NCBI GenBank assembly: GCA_951406725.2 | Contig: OX597822.1 | Coordinates: forward strand, 78,368,001-78,432,000 | Origin: Octopus vulgaris | Lineage: Eukaryota | Length of the DNA: 64,000 nt | Direction: 5' to 3' | Shown: positions 50,892 through 64,000 of the stretch, piece after piece | Layout: every line of letters starts with the position of its first letter | Position numbering within the stretch: the stretch's first letter is position 1 | Notes under the pieces: model-generated | Told to the model about the DNA's origin: nothing | Database searches by the model: none | The model's input: only the letters and a program-made list of their open reading frames with translations | Position numbers and translations under genes: made by a program

Positions 50892-51163
50892 TGCTGTTGA
50901 ACATTTCATGAGGAGAGGTGGAGGGTGGTTGTCATCAAATAAAAGATATAAACAACCTTTCTTTCGTTTGTATGTGTGTGGTGTGTGTATGGGGCTGTAT
51001 GAGTGTGTGCGCGCGTGTGTATTTATTTGTGTGTGCGTGTGTGTGTCTAAGTGCTCTAGTAAGGATGCGTGTATATGCGTGCGTATCTGTATGTTTCTGT
51101 GCCAGTGTGAGTATGTAGATGCTATTGTGAATGTGGTGTGTATGTATATCTATGCGTATCTAT

Positions 51164-51208
<45 letters not shown>

Positions 51209-51541
51209 AGTGTGTGTGAGTGTGTGTACGTGTTGTATGAAGATGTGCGTATATGAGAGTGTGTGTGTCTGTGTGCGTGCATGTGTGTTTCTGCATGGTT
51301 GTGTATGAGTGTGTATGTATGTGTATGAATGTGTGCGTTTGTGTGGACGTCCGTGCGTGAGTGTGTGTGTGTCTGTATAGAAGAGTCTATATCTATGTCT
51401 CTGTGTGAGAGAGAGAGCGACAAAGAGAGTATGCGTGTGCGTGTGTGTTTATGTACGTTTCTGCGTGGGATCTATTTGTGTTGGGGTGTGCGTGAGAGAG
51501 AGAGAGAGAAAGAGAAAAGTGGGTATCCGTGTGTGTGCGTA

Positions 51542-51580
<39 letters not shown>

Positions 51581-51823
51581 GGGTGCGTGTGATACATTTC
51601 TGTACTTAATCTTCCCGCGTTGTCACATTTTCAGATTCTTATTTCGTGTCGTGGTGTATCTACAATATATGTATTCATACATACATAAATAAATGTGTGT
51701 ATGTGTATGTATGTATGTATGTATGTATGTATGTATGTATGTATGTATGTATGTATGTGTGTATGTGTGTGTATGTGTATGTATGTATGTATGTATGTAT
51801 GTATGTGTGTGTGTATGTATGTA

Positions 51824-52044
51824 TTGGGTTGGTGCATAATTATTGCGGCTTTTTTTAACAAAAACAATTTTTAAATGATTATTCCGGAGCATATTCACCA
51901 TCTACTTCAATTACTGCTTCCCATTTGCTTGGCAAGACAGTCAGACCGTCATTTAAAGATGATTTTGTTAAATATTGTTATTGTTTTTGTTGAATAAAAT
52001 TTGTTGAAAAAAAAAAAAGCCGCAATAATTATGCACCAGCCCAA
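51824..52044 (-). mobile_element. Mariner internal-deletion derivative (MITE) with TA TSD
   Basis: TIRs TTGGGTTGGTGCATAATTATTGCGGCTTTTTTT / AAAAAAAGCCGCAATAATTATGCACCAGCCCAA (Hsmar1/MADE1-like); TA on both sides; minus strand encodes DGLTVLPSKWEAVIEVDGEYAPE* (mariner C-terminus). Confidence 0.9.
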
Positions 52045-53592
52045 TATTTATGTATTTACTCACCCTTTCACTCACTCAATCATTTTAATCTCTTTGGCTC
52101 TTTCTCTACCAAAATATAAATGAATGTATGTATGTAAATGTATGTGCGCACGCGTATGTGTATGTTTGTATATATGTATGTAATATATAAGCTAACGAGC
52201 ATCTATAGAGAGAACTCGATTTTAATAAAGAGTAAAATATTTACTAAAAAATGAGTGTAACATAATTATTCATGTGTAGGCTACCACTGGAGTTAGCGCA
52301 AGAGAGGAAGAGAGACGGGCATTGGTGGAGTTCAGCAAGAATGGGCGGAGAACGAAGCGTTTGTCAGTAGAGGTTGGAAGTCTTGGGTTTGCAAATTGTA
52401 TCCGGTGCAAGGCCTGTGAAACCTGAGACAATAGAGAAATGAGCTATGAAGAACAATATAGGGGCTGCTGAGAAACTTTAAAATAGCGATGGGTGAAAAT
52501 AAGTGATTAGTGGAGCATCTGTAAAATCAGTGCCTGATTAAGATCTATAAAGGTCCTAAGCACCTAAAAGATTTCGGTACCCCTTATATATCAAAAGGAT
52601 GTGTTACAATACTTTTCCACATATACAAAAATAGCCATACCAACAATCCCACATACCTCCATCATCAGCTGCCCCACAGATATCATAATGGTTTCGACAC
52701 CTCAGCAGTTCAAAATATAAATAATAACAAACCATACAATAATCTTTTATCTTCCAAAATGAAACAAAACTAAGAGTAAGATGTAAAATAATGTTTATTT
52801 TTGTATACTTCCACTTCATTTATATGTGAAAAGTTTTCTCCTACTCTTTTAAATTGCAAAGAATTTGAGCAGATTCTCAAAATTATTTTAGCAAGTTTAA
52901 AGTGATTTCATTTGGGCTGTAAACTATTTATCAGTTTTGTGGTGTCTTCCCCTTCTGTTGGTCCCTTAATCACGTGCTTATTTTGCTTAATTGTTAATGC
53001 AACGCTGAGTAAAATACAGGCCTAGGCTTCATCAACCTAGGTCCAGTCGCCTGGATGCGGTTATATATTGTAAGTGTTAAAACAATAAATAATTCCAGGA
53101 TGCAACACTGACAATGGGCTCGTGTATTGCATAGGTAGATATATGTTGAACTAGCCTAATCTATGCTGTTTTATAATATTTTGCTTTCTTTTACCCAAAT
53201 TCCATGATATTTTAAGAAATGTTGCACGTGTTTCGTTACTTTCTACTTATTTATGTTATTTTGCACATTTTATGATATTTTACGTTAGTTTGAGATAATT
53301 TGCCTCGTTTTACACTTGTTGCGTTTTTTGCGTTTATTTTGTGCAATTTAGCGTCGTTTAACGTGGTTTTCCGTTACATTACACCATCCCTCTTTATTTA
53401 CACCATTTTGCACTATTTACCGCTATTTTCATCTAACAAGAAGGGGAAACTTAGTGTTGTATTACAAACGCTTGGGTCACTTCCTGGTTTTAATATTGGA
53501 CGCTAGGATACCTCTAGTATTTACCTTCCTTCTCTCCCTCACCCTCTTTCTCTTTCTCTTTCTCTCTCTCTCTCCCATATATATATACATAC

Positions 53593-53630
<38 letters not shown>

Positions 53631-53924
53631 ATATAATAAACAATATATTATAATATTCTCTGTAGCCCCTGCTGGCTTTTCCCATCTTCTAGGAGTATTT
53701 ACCCAATTTTCTAGCCTGTTTTCACAGCTATCTTGCGTTCAAAATTTACTTTATTTTTATTTTCTATAGAATACCAACCCACACGACGCTTCTAAGTTTG
53801 TTCATAAAATATTATTCTCGTATATATATATATGCAGAAGGACTGAACCTGGAACCATACGGTCGTAAAGCAAACTCCTTAACACACCTTGCTTTCACAC
53901 AGACACACACTTAATATGTTACAC

Positions 53925-54199
53925 CAGTGGTTCTCAAAGTGGGCGGTATTTCCCCACTGGGAGCGGTGGAAAGTTCCAAGGGGGCGGTGAAGAAAAATGG
54001 AGCGATAATGGAGTAGCGATTCATGTAAAAATAACAAAATAATGGGTTTATTAGGTTAAGTTTTATTTGTGAAATACAGTTGCTTTGAATTTACTTCAGA
54101 AAGAAGACTATGTTTGTAATGGCTAGTTGAGGTGGGGGCACTAGAAATGTGGTCTGGGTGTCAAGGGGGCGGCCACTCGAAAAAGTTTGGGGACTACTG
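53925..54199. mobile_element. hAT (Charlie-like) MITE with perfect 8-bp TSD
   Basis: CAGTGGTTCTCAAA ... TTTGGGGACTACTG; TSD TGTTACAC at 53917-53924 and 54200-54207. Confidence 0.9.
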
Positions 54200-54705
54200 T
54201 GTTACACAAACACATCTCTGTTTACAATTTATCCCTATTTCTCTATATACTTTTTGCATCATCTCTCATACACTTCTCTCTCTTTCTCTCCTCTCTTTCT
54301 CCCTCTGACTGTTAGTGCCGCTCTCTTTCTCTTTAATTTCGTCTGAAACTCCAGGCCCGTCAGTGAGATTGTCAAAATCCATTAAACCCTTCCTCACGCG
54401 ATCTCGTGCGATTAATTTCGAAGAATAGGGCTGGATTCATTTTCTTCCCCAGCTTAATCCGCTCTGAAGTTTACCTGAGGGCAGCCAGAGGTAAACACGT
54501 GTAAATGATTATATATATCCTCTCTCTTTCTCTTTCACCCTCTCTCTCTTTCTCTCTCACTATTTTCTTTTCACTCTCTTTTTCTCACTCACTCTCACTT
54601 ATACATATTCGCACTAACACAGACATGCACATATAAATACACTTATGCATACATATATATATAGTACACACACACACACATAAATAAATATATACATAAA
54701 TCCTT

Positions 54706-54757
<52 letters not shown>

Positions 54758-54781
54758 ATATATCTGTATATATATATATTT

Positions 54782-54846
<65 letters not shown>

Positions 54847-54849
<3 letters not shown>

Positions 54850-56102
54850 GGTGCGTAATATATTTGAGGACAGACTGATATTTATAAGAAAAAATAACAG
54901 ATATATAATAACAGATAACAACTTTATTTATCAAAAGATGCTATGATGATGAAAATAAACCTTTTTTCTATAATGTTATTCAATAAAGCCACCTTCAGTT
55001 TCAACAACTGCTACTATATGAGATCTAAATCATCAACATGCTCGAATCAAGTGGTCCTGGTTCATTTTGGACATTACTCTAACTATTGCAGCTTTCAAAG
55101 GATCTTTGGTGTTATGGGTGTGTTCATTGACCTCTCTCTCAACAACGCTCCACATGTGATAGTCCAATGGATTGAGATCTGGGGAATTAGGAAGTCAAAT
55201 GTTAGGGGTTATGTGATCATGAAAGTTTTCAGACATCCATTCCTGTGTTACTAGAGCCATGTGTAATAGTGCAGAGTCTTACTGAAACACATATGGCCTT
55301 CCGTTGTATACACTGTCTATTCAGGGCTTAACAATTACTTCCAGGACTTCAATGTAGGCAGCAGAGTTAACTCTAAGGCCTTGTGGAAAGAAGTAAGGAG
55401 GAATCACATGTCCTTCATTGCTGACAACCCCTAAAACCATAACAGCTGCACGAAATTTTGTATGCATAACACTTGGAACTTCAGAAGGGTCTACACATAT
55501 CCATCTGTCATTTCACCTGTTAAATTTTTGATCTTGGTTGGAGTTTTTCTTGCTTGAAAAAAAAAACGAAATCAAATCTTCTGCTACATTTTTCAATTTG
55601 TTTTAGAGACTTTTAGATCTGATGTAGAGATTTTCTTTCGTTTTTTCTGACAAATTGACCTTTCCTCATCATATAAGACAGGATTTCTTCGTGAACAACA
55701 TTTCTAACTGTACCTTCTGACACATGGAGATCTTTTGCAATTGACCTCATTGACTTTCTGGGATTGTAATCAATAGTTTGTTGAACTTGCTGGATAAATT
55801 GTTGAACTTGCTGGATGACTTCAGAGCATTCAGAATGCTTTTTATGCTTTGATCCTGGTGATACATTTCCATCTTCAGTCTCTAGCTCCTTACAAACTTT
55901 GTAGATAAACAATTTGGGAACTTTTAAAAATCGAGATATTTCTAAATCGCTATGCTCAGTTTTTATAACAGTATGCCTCTTCATTTCTTGAATAAGCTGA
56001 GGGTCTACCATTATTATTTTCTGAAACAAAGATTTTACAGAGTTAGCAAAAATGCAGTTGTAACCCCAAAAATGTATGTCCTCAAATACCTTACGTACCC
56101 TG
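54847..56102 (-). mobile_element. Full-length but decayed Tc1/mariner element, maT (DD37D)-like; transposase pseudogene ~54976-56029
   Basis: TIRs CAAGGTGCGTAATATATTTGAGGACAGAC / rc CAGGGTACGTAAGGTATTTGAGGACATAC (24/29); HTH NPRKSMRSIAKDLHVSEGTVRNVV; *LPNSPDLNPLDYHMW; VAVVETEGGFIE*; TA on the right flank. Confidence 0.85.
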
Positions 56103-56907
56103 TAAAATATGTATGTAGTAATAACATATATAATTATTTACTATATGTACAATACACACACAAATATATGACGTTTATATGTATCTGTCTGTCTATCTGT
56201 GTGTGTGTGTATACATACATACATACATACATACATACATACATACATACATACATACATACATACATGCAAACAGATGAATGATTCTATCGTCACATTT
56301 GACGCATGAGAGCCAAAAATTTTATTTTATTTTTTTAGGCTCTAGGACTAATTAGTTTGCTAAATGGTACCGAAATATCAGTGACTGGGGTACTGTGAGA
56401 AAGAAAATAATTATCAAACGTCCAAAAGTACGCGTATGAAGCTCTGTAAATGCTCATTTCAGTTGTTTGATGATCCTTCAGATTCGTATGGTTTTCTCTC
56501 GTGAGAACATTAAGTAACTATTCGGGAAAACCGTTGCATGAGAACAGGAACAGATGTAGAAACGACATAAACCATACACCTCACTCTACTTCGTATTGAG
56601 TTATCTCTCTTTGTTTCATTAGCGAGGTTCGGTTCACTATGAAACATATGTAGACCGGATCTTATCCACTCCATTCCGTAACTCTTGTATTCTTATTCGC
56701 ATACCCGGCATCACTGGTCGCCTACCGTAAAATAAAAAAGAACTCTCTTTCAGTTTATCGTACTTCGATACAAAAAGAAAACACAACCTTCCGCCTCAAT
56801 AAAACATTATTGTTCCCGAAAGTTGTTTTTTTATATTTACTACTGATTGCTTGAAGCTAACTTTTTTCCTACGCCTAGATCCTTGGGTCTCATAGATAGA
56901 TAGATAT

Positions 56908-56963
<56 letters not shown>

Positions 56964-57068
56964 GTAGGTAGGTAGGTAGGTAGGTAGGTAGGTAGGTAGG
57001 TAGGTAGGTAGGTAAATACAGGATCTACATGTGGACACACATATGAACATATGACAATATATATATAT

Positions 57069-57126
<58 letters not shown>

Positions 57127-57128
<2 letters not shown>

Positions 57129-57254
57129 CATCGAAACATAACTTAGGAATGAGAACCCAGGTTCGAAATTTCCCCAAGACATTTGATGAAGGCTGGAGGG
57201 TATATCAGCCGAAACGTTGTGTTAACAACAAACAAGATGAGGATAAAATATCCG

Positions 57255-57257
<3 letters not shown>
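57127..57257 (+). mobile_element. Hammerhead mini-element copy 2 (core mutated to TTGATGA), between (TA)n tracts
   Basis: Same start AACATCGAAA and same stem II GGCTG/CAGCC-GAAACGTTGTGTT as 27125-27301. Confidence 0.75.
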
Positions 57258-57295
<38 letters not shown>

Positions 57296-58336
57296 CTACA
57301 CTCCTTGACTCGTTATAAACTTTTAGAGCGTTTCCCATCAGCGGTTGTTTTTACTGTCTCTGACTCATTACTGTGACAAGGGTGTGTAATTACTAAGACA
57401 AGGGTGTGCAATTTTCATTAATTAATTATTTATTTACTCACTACATTCATTATGTTAGCACCCTTTTTAATGGGGGAAGGAATATGCACCAAATGTCCTT
57501 GGGTGTTTTTTTCTTTTCCCGCAATATTTTCTTTTCTAAACTCATTACTTGTCATTGCTCGGGTCGAGCGGACCTGCAATGGAAGAAATTCAAGCCATAC
57601 CCTCCTGCCTTTTCTCTTTCTTTAATCTTTTACTTGTTTCAGTCATTGAACGCCACCGTCCTGAAGGGTTTCGGCTTACAGATCGATACTCATTGTGTCA
57701 GTCTATTTTGCCGAACCACTAAGTTGCGGGAACGTAAACAAACCAACACAGATCTTCAATTGGTATTAGGAGTGACAAACATAAACAAAATGTTACACAC
57801 GCGCGCCAAAATACGCATCGTGTTTCATGAGAGGGTCTATCTGCCAGATTCATTCACAAGGCATTGGTCGATTCAAAGGTTATACTAGAAGACACTTGCC
57901 TAAGGTGCCAAGTAGTGGGGCTAAACCGAAACATGGTTGCGCTAGGAAGTTCAGGATCACGATATCTAACGTATTCTTTTCTAAGACGGTAAGATGTGAT
58001 TTGAGGGAGATTTCGTTGTTATTTCTAGCAGGCTAAACCACCATAAAGAAACTCCTTTGATGGCTTAGTGTAATGTGACGTGATATGATATGATGCAGTT
58101 TTGAGAGATTATACCACTGGGTTAAACCAATGGCGTCAACCAAATCTCTATCAATCAAATGTCTCTTTCAATCAATTTGATTTCTCTGGTGCCGCCAGCC
58201 ATTCTACTTCAACCTCACTTCTCAAAGAACTCCCATAAATAAACTTCTTTGATGGCTTAACGTAAAGTGATGTGAGGCGATATGATACAGGTTTGAGAGA
58301 AAGCGACTAGATCATTCCACTGGGTGAAAGTAATGG

Positions 58337-58682
58337 CATGTTGGTCCTCAACCAGGTCCCAAGAGGACCATATAAAATTTTGTGGGATTCCACGAAAACA
58401 AAACAGTACATTGGGTATATACAGTAGTATTTTAAGGGTCTGTGAAAAGAAATTTGTTTTTGATGTATTTATTGAAAGACGCAGCTAAATTCCTTTCTCT
58501 GGCGATTTACATAGTTTAAACTACACAAGTTAATGTGTGAAAAACAAAATAGAAATTTTGAAAGAAGCACCTCTAAACCTACTTTTAAAACATCGAATGG
58601 CTCTGGTGGGTAAGGGCAGAGTACTAGAATAAAATAATAAACAAAGGGGTCCATAGATAAAAAAAATGGTTGAGAACCCCTG
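58337..58682. mobile_element. hAT-like MITE, degraded
   Basis: GGTCCTCAACC near the left end; right end AATGGTTGAGAACCCCTG. Confidence 0.5.
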
Positions 58683-58800
58683 GCTTTACCCTTTTCCTGT
58701 CCAAAGAATTTTTGTAAGTTTGTCCCAGACGGTTCGTGTTTGTTTGCAGACTTTTAGTTAATCTTTGTTTAATACGTTCTAAATAACATAAAGCTTTCAA

Positions 58801-58995
58801 TTATTTACATTATTTACATTTGACGGATATTTGTCCTCATCTTATTTGTTGTTAACATAACGTTTCGGCTGATATACCCTCCAGCCTTCATATATGGGTC
58901 GAAACGTTGTATTAACAACAAACAAAGATGACAAATATCCATCAAATGTAAATAATGTAAATAATGTACATAATTCCTCATCTCTTAAATATAGA
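58801..58995. mobile_element. Hammerhead mini-element copy 3: two partial copies in inverted orientation
   Basis: 58801-58891 is the reverse complement of the element (to ..CCAGCCTTCAT); 58900-58995 is the forward 3' part (CGAAACGTTG..AATTCCTCATCTCTTAAATATAG). Confidence 0.8.
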
Positions 58996-59252
58996 ATTGA
59001 TAAAGCTTTCCTTTCACAAGACTCAAGTTATTCTGGTGGTTGACAAAAATTCGGAATGTGTATCATACATGATGCATGAATACTAAACTCCTCTCGAATT
59101 TGTTACCAAATTTGTTCGAGCAATTGTAAATGATGTCGTATTGCATTGGTAAAGCACCAGCTTTTGCATAACTGGATCTAATTCTCATTCACCTTGTCTA
59201 GGTAAACACACACTGCGCTGATGAAATTTTTTTACGTAACTAACGTTCAGAT

Positions 59253-59503
59253 GTGAAGGCGCGTGACTTAGTGGTTAAGGTGTTGAACTCATGATTGTAA
59301 GGTTGTGGTTTCGATTCCTGGACCGGGCGTGCGTTGTGTTCTTGAGCAAAACACTTCATTTCACGCTGCTCCAGTCCACTTAGCTGGCAAAAATGAGTAA
59401 TCCTGCGGCGGACCGGCGTCCCGTCCAGGTGAGGAATTTCTACGCCCCTGAAACCGGGAAACCGGCCCTTGTGAGCCTGGCATGGCTCGAGAAGGAGCAT
59501 TTT
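59253..59503 (+). mobile_element. SINE family C with TSD
   Basis: GGCGCGTGACTTAGTGGTTAAGG..GGTTTCGATTCC..GCTCCAGTCCACTTAGCTGG; TSD TAACGTTCAGAT / TAACGTGCAGAT. Confidence 0.85.
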
Positions 59504-59540
59504 TAACGTGCAGATACAACACTAAACATATGCTAATCAA

Positions 59541-60342
59541 AGTGGTGAGCTGGCGGAATCGTTAGCACACCGATATTTCTTTTGGTTTTACCTTCTGAGT
59601 TCAAATTCCACCGAGGTCGACTTTGCCTTTCATCCTTTCGGGGTTGATAAATTAAGTACCAGTTGCGTACTGGGTTCGATCTAATCGACTGGTCCCCTCA
59701 CCAAAAAGTTCGGGTCTTGAGCCTTGAGTAGAAAAGAATATTTACATGGTATTATTCATAACTTTGTGAAGGCGGACAACTGGCAGAATCATTGGCACGC
59801 CGGGCAAAATGCTTAGCGGCATTTCGTCTGCCGTTACGTTCTGAGTTCAAATTCCGCCGAGGTCGACTTTGCCTTTCATCCTTTCGGGATCGATTAAATA
59901 AGTACCAGTTACACACTGGGGTCGATATAGTCGACTTAATCCGTTTGTCTGTCCTTGTTTGTCCCCTCTGTGTTTAGCCCCTTGTGGGTAGTCTGTCTTT
60001 ACGTTCTGAGTTCAAATTCCGCCGAGGTCGAATTTGCCTTTCATTCTTTCGGACTCGATAAATTAAGTACCAGTTGCGTACTGGGGTCTATCTAATCGAT
60101 TGTACCCCACACCTGAAAAATTTCGGGCCTTAGGCCTAGAGTAGAAAAGGAATCGTTAGCACACCGACATTCTGGTTTTACGTTCTGAGCTCAAATTCCA
60201 CCGAGGTCGTTTTTGCCTTTCATGCTTTCGGGGTCGATAAAATAAGTACCAGTCGAGTACTGGGGTCGATATAGCGGTCTGATCGATTACGCATTCCTGA
60301 CCTTGCCCCAAATTTCAGGTCTAGTGCCAATAGTAAAAAGAA
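59541..60342 (+). mobile_element. Cluster of three tandem SINE family A copies
   Basis: Four Nin-like units TTCTGAGTTCAAATTCC.CCGAGGTCG..TTGCCTTTCAT.CTTTCG, with tRNA-like heads at ~59541 and ~59770 and a partial head at ~60150. Confidence 0.85.
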
Positions 60343-60542
60343 ATCAATTGCAAATCAGCTTCAGCAACTTTTTTTCTATTGGCCAGTTAAAATAAGATGT
60401 GTGTACTACGTCATGTAAAATGTGAAAGATTGCAGGAAGTACCCCCAACTATCAAAAACTGGTTAACCGAGCATATATGACTTAGAGTCCAGTTCTTTTG
60501 AGGGAAGGGTCGTACTCTGCCTCCATTTCTATGCAGAGAAAA

Positions 60543-60593
<51 letters not shown>

Positions 60594-61044
60594 AGGAGGG
60601 AGAGAGTGTTTGTATCTGTGTGTGTGTGTGTACATGAGTGAGTGGGAGGGAGATTATGTTAGATCAAAGTGAATCAATGCGTGTTACATCAAAGAGTTTG
60701 AATGATACTGAATCAAGAGTAAAGAAAAGAAGGAAAGAAAGAGATTAGGAAAGAATGAGAGAGTGAGAGAGAGAGAAAGAGAGAGAGAGAGTATATGTAC
60801 TTGTGTGTGTATATGTGTGAGTGAGGGAGAGTCGGAGAGAGAAGGAGCTAGAAGTGAATGGACGAGGATATAGCTTTCTAAGTAGGTTACTGTGTTGTCT
60901 TGGCTAATCTATCGATCAAATCCAATCGTGTTTCTGGCCGAACTTGGCTTCTCCATTCCTTTATTTATCATTTATTCAATCTGTCATCTCGCCTTTTATC
61001 TCTCTCTCTCTCTCCCTTTATCTCTCTCCCCTTCCTCTCTCTTT

Positions 61045-61105
<61 letters not shown>

Positions 61106-61184
61106 GCTCTAATAGTCCCGCATGATTATGTATATGTGTGCATATATGTATGCGTGTATGTGTGTGTGTATTTATAAGTATATA

Positions 61185-61233
<49 letters not shown>

Positions 61234-61517
61234 CTCTTTTTTGTGTCTCTGTTTATATATTGGCTATCGATCAACGAACCAAGTAATGTATCCATATAGC
61301 GCTCCTCTCTTTCCCTCTTCTCTCTCTCTCTCTTCTTTCCCTTTTCTCTCTCTCTCTATATATATATATCTATCTATCTATCTCTATATATAATCTATAT
61401 CATATGTTGAATTCTCTTACGTTTGTAAGCAAAATTTTGTGTATATATTTATGCCTTTACATACATGTATATATACATGCATACATACACACACACACAT
61501 ATGTATGTACGTATGTA

Positions 61518-61568
<51 letters not shown>

Positions 61569-61671
61569 GTGTGTATGTATGTATGTATATATATGTATGT
61601 AAATGTATGTATGTATGTATATAAGAAAAAAAGAAGACAAAGGAATAAATGATTATCTTATGAACTTCATT

Positions 61672-61752
61672 ATCTTACAGCTGTTTCTGCTATAAGATGC
61701 AGTGGACTCATAGTTGAGTGCCGGAATGAAACCTAATAGCTTCATCGGAGCC
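61672..61752 (-). ncRNA. Type I hammerhead-like motif with U4C core and extended stem II
   Basis: Minus: GGCT-CCGATGA-A-GCTAT...ATAGC-A-GAAAC-AGCT-GTA-AGAT; palindromic ACAGCTGT stem III, GUA triplet, weak stem I. Confidence 0.5.
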
Positions 61753-61887
61753 TCGATTATGAAGTGCTTTGTCATCTTTCTCTTTTTATTACCACTTTAT
61801 ACTTGTCTATCACTTCGTCCTAAAACATGCGTATACTGAGTTCTACACCAGGTTGTTAGGCTTACCGTACCTAAGTGAAATATTAAA

Positions 61888-61975
<88 letters not shown>

Positions 61976-62636
61976 GCATGAATATTTGTTGAGCACTTTC
62001 TGTGAATATAACTGATTGGTGCCTTCCCAGTGGTATAAGTGCGGGACCAAAATTTGCTTAGGTGGGTGCAAACTCAGGTCTTAGTAGCTATTATTATCGT
62101 ATCTGCACATTAGGCAAATCTTATAAATCTACTAATGGAAAACTTTTGTTTTAAATTATTCCAAAAATGTTTCTACGCTCATTCATTTTGGTGATGAAGT
62201 TTTTCAGGAGGATGTTCATAGCGTTTTCGTTGCTCCACCCCAAATTGTAGAAGGTTCGCTGTCTTTTGTCTATAAAATATACCATTATACTGTAATTAGA
62301 CATACTTCGGTATGTCATTAGCCGTAGTTCTCATAATGCCAGAGCCTTACTCGGTTTTGATGGTGTATAAGTTACTTAGATTACATAACTCCCACCTGAA
62401 TGGGACGCCAGTCCATTGCAGTGTTAACCTCGCCAGCTATTGGTGGAACTCATTTACGGCTATGTAGACTGGAACTACATGAAATGAAGCATTTTACTTG
62501 TGAGTACAACGCACTGCCCGGTCCAGGAAACGAAACCACGATCTTACGATCGTGAACGCAACACTAACTTCTAGGCCAAGCACGTTCACAAAGCGGATAT
62601 TAATTCAACGTGATTAATATGAATAGTCTCGCGTAT

Positions 62637-62838
62637 GGCGGCGAGCTGGCAGAATCGTTAACAAAGTTAGTGGCACTTTGTCCGTTTTTATGCTCTAAGT
62701 TCAAATTCTGCCGATGTCGACTTTGTCTTTCATTCTTTCGGAGTCGATAAAATAAGTCCTAGTTGAGCACTGGGATCACTGGGGTCGAATAATCCCCTCC
62801 CCCTAAATTACTGGCCTTGTGCTTAAATTTGAAAACAA
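62637..62838 (+). mobile_element. SINE family A monomer
   Basis: GGCGGCGAGCTGGCAGAATCGTTA..TCAAATTCTGCCGATGTCGACTTTGTCTTTCATTCTTTCGG. Confidence 0.8.
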
Positions 62839-64000
62839 TATGGATAGTCTCGTGGGGAAAATGATGACTTATATGTAAATTTGTAAATGTCGTTTCTATG
62901 TGGTTCTTTCCTCTTGTACGGGGAGCGAAATTTTTGCCCCATGAGAGTTATGAACTCATTTGCTTACAGCCAATCATACTTCAAATATCAAACTAATTCA
63001 TGGGTGCTTAACAAGTGATGGTGATAAGATAAGGTCACTTGGATAAGGAATGGCCATACTTCTTTTCTCTTTTAAGAACGCTTGTTGTTCTTGTTCTTGT
63101 TTCAACCATGGCTGCTTCTGAGTAGTTATTTGTGTTGTTGTCTACTTCGTAAAACAGTAAGGGGCGACGGTTGCTAGCACATCACCCTCTGCCCACATTT
63201 TTCCCATCCACATCTTCACCATATGGGGCCCTAACATAATCCGATAATAGGTATAGAAGCAAATCTATCTAATTACTTGTCTCCTTCTAAAATCAGACAT
63301 AGCTTGGTGATTGATCGACTTACAACACTGTTCTTTGTCTTGAGTTTACTTGGTAGAGTGTGTTTGTTAACTTTACAACAAGGCCAAGGTGAGCTCTGAT
63401 TGGCTGTATTCAAATAAGTTCATTACTGGGTCCAGAACTCTCGTAGGAAAAAGATTTTCGCGTACAGGGAGTCGTTGTTTATGTACATAACAGACTGTTT
63501 GTACTTACACGTAGTTATATGCGTGCATAAGACACGCGGCAAGATTTAGACATAAAAACAAGCTTGAACGCAGACAGTTTTCTCCCATAACATCGGGGTA
63601 CCCCTAAATCTTGTGTGTTAATTTGGGTAAACAAAATCAAAAGTAGTGGGATGCCAAAAAAGCTTGGCATGATTGGTTTTATATGTTCGCTTCACAATTA
63701 CGTAGTTCCTGGTTCAATTCCCTTGCGCTGAATTTGATTAAGTGTCTTATACCATCGACGGAAACATGTCAAATGCATTGTACCTATTGACTCATGGTTT
63801 CTTCTCCCTTTACCGCTCCCTATTCCCAATCTTGAGGGTCCTGGAAAGAGCCATGAGTGCTTCTCTTTCTCCTCTGACTAAGCAATTAGGCGATAAAAGG
63901 CGTTCACAAAATACGTTCAGATAGGTTGACTCACATCCAGTGGCAGAGGCAATACTACCTTCACTGAGTGCATAACATCGACGGGGTGGAGGCCCCGGCA

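Noticed and set aside
52604-52819. Cys/Trp-rich 71-aa minus-strand ORF and CTGCTGA-GGTGTC-GAAAC motif
   Set aside because: No recognisable family or splice context; the hammerhead-like motif lacks stem I and has a core substitution.

Overview
AT-rich eukaryotic (animal) non-coding DNA saturated with (TA)n, (CA)n, (TACA)n, (GA)n, (GATA)n and trinucleotide microsatellites and with several tRNA-derived SINE families. The repeat landscape strongly resembles an octopod cephalopod (Octopus) genome; this is an inference from remembered repeat consensus features, not a database match. I find no intact host protein-coding gene, and almost all ORFs in the supplied track are microsatellite or SINE read-through artefacts. 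Supported elements include a young 5'-truncated Penelope-like element (Neptune-type GIY-YIG endonuclease, 43715-44308) and an older Penelope remnant. There are also decayed Tc1, mariner and maT-type transposons, hAT and mariner MITEs with TSDs, and a non-autonomous Helitron carrying a captured coding fragment. An R4/Dong-like RT remnant, an RTE-like short element and a tRNA-Asp pseudogene complete the list. The most interesting signals are structural. (1) About a dozen type-I hammerhead-ribozyme-like motifs, three unrelated ones sharing a non-canonical C-C-G-A-N-G-A (U4C) core. (2) A short hammerhead-bearing element present in three copies, two of them inside microsatellites. (3) An HDV-like ribozyme candidate at the 5' end of the RTE-like element. 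(4) Four near-perfect fold-back inverted duplications, all at retroelement junctions. A few unique CpG-richer islands carry promoter/enhancer-like motif clusters. All coordinates and base pairings were read by eye.
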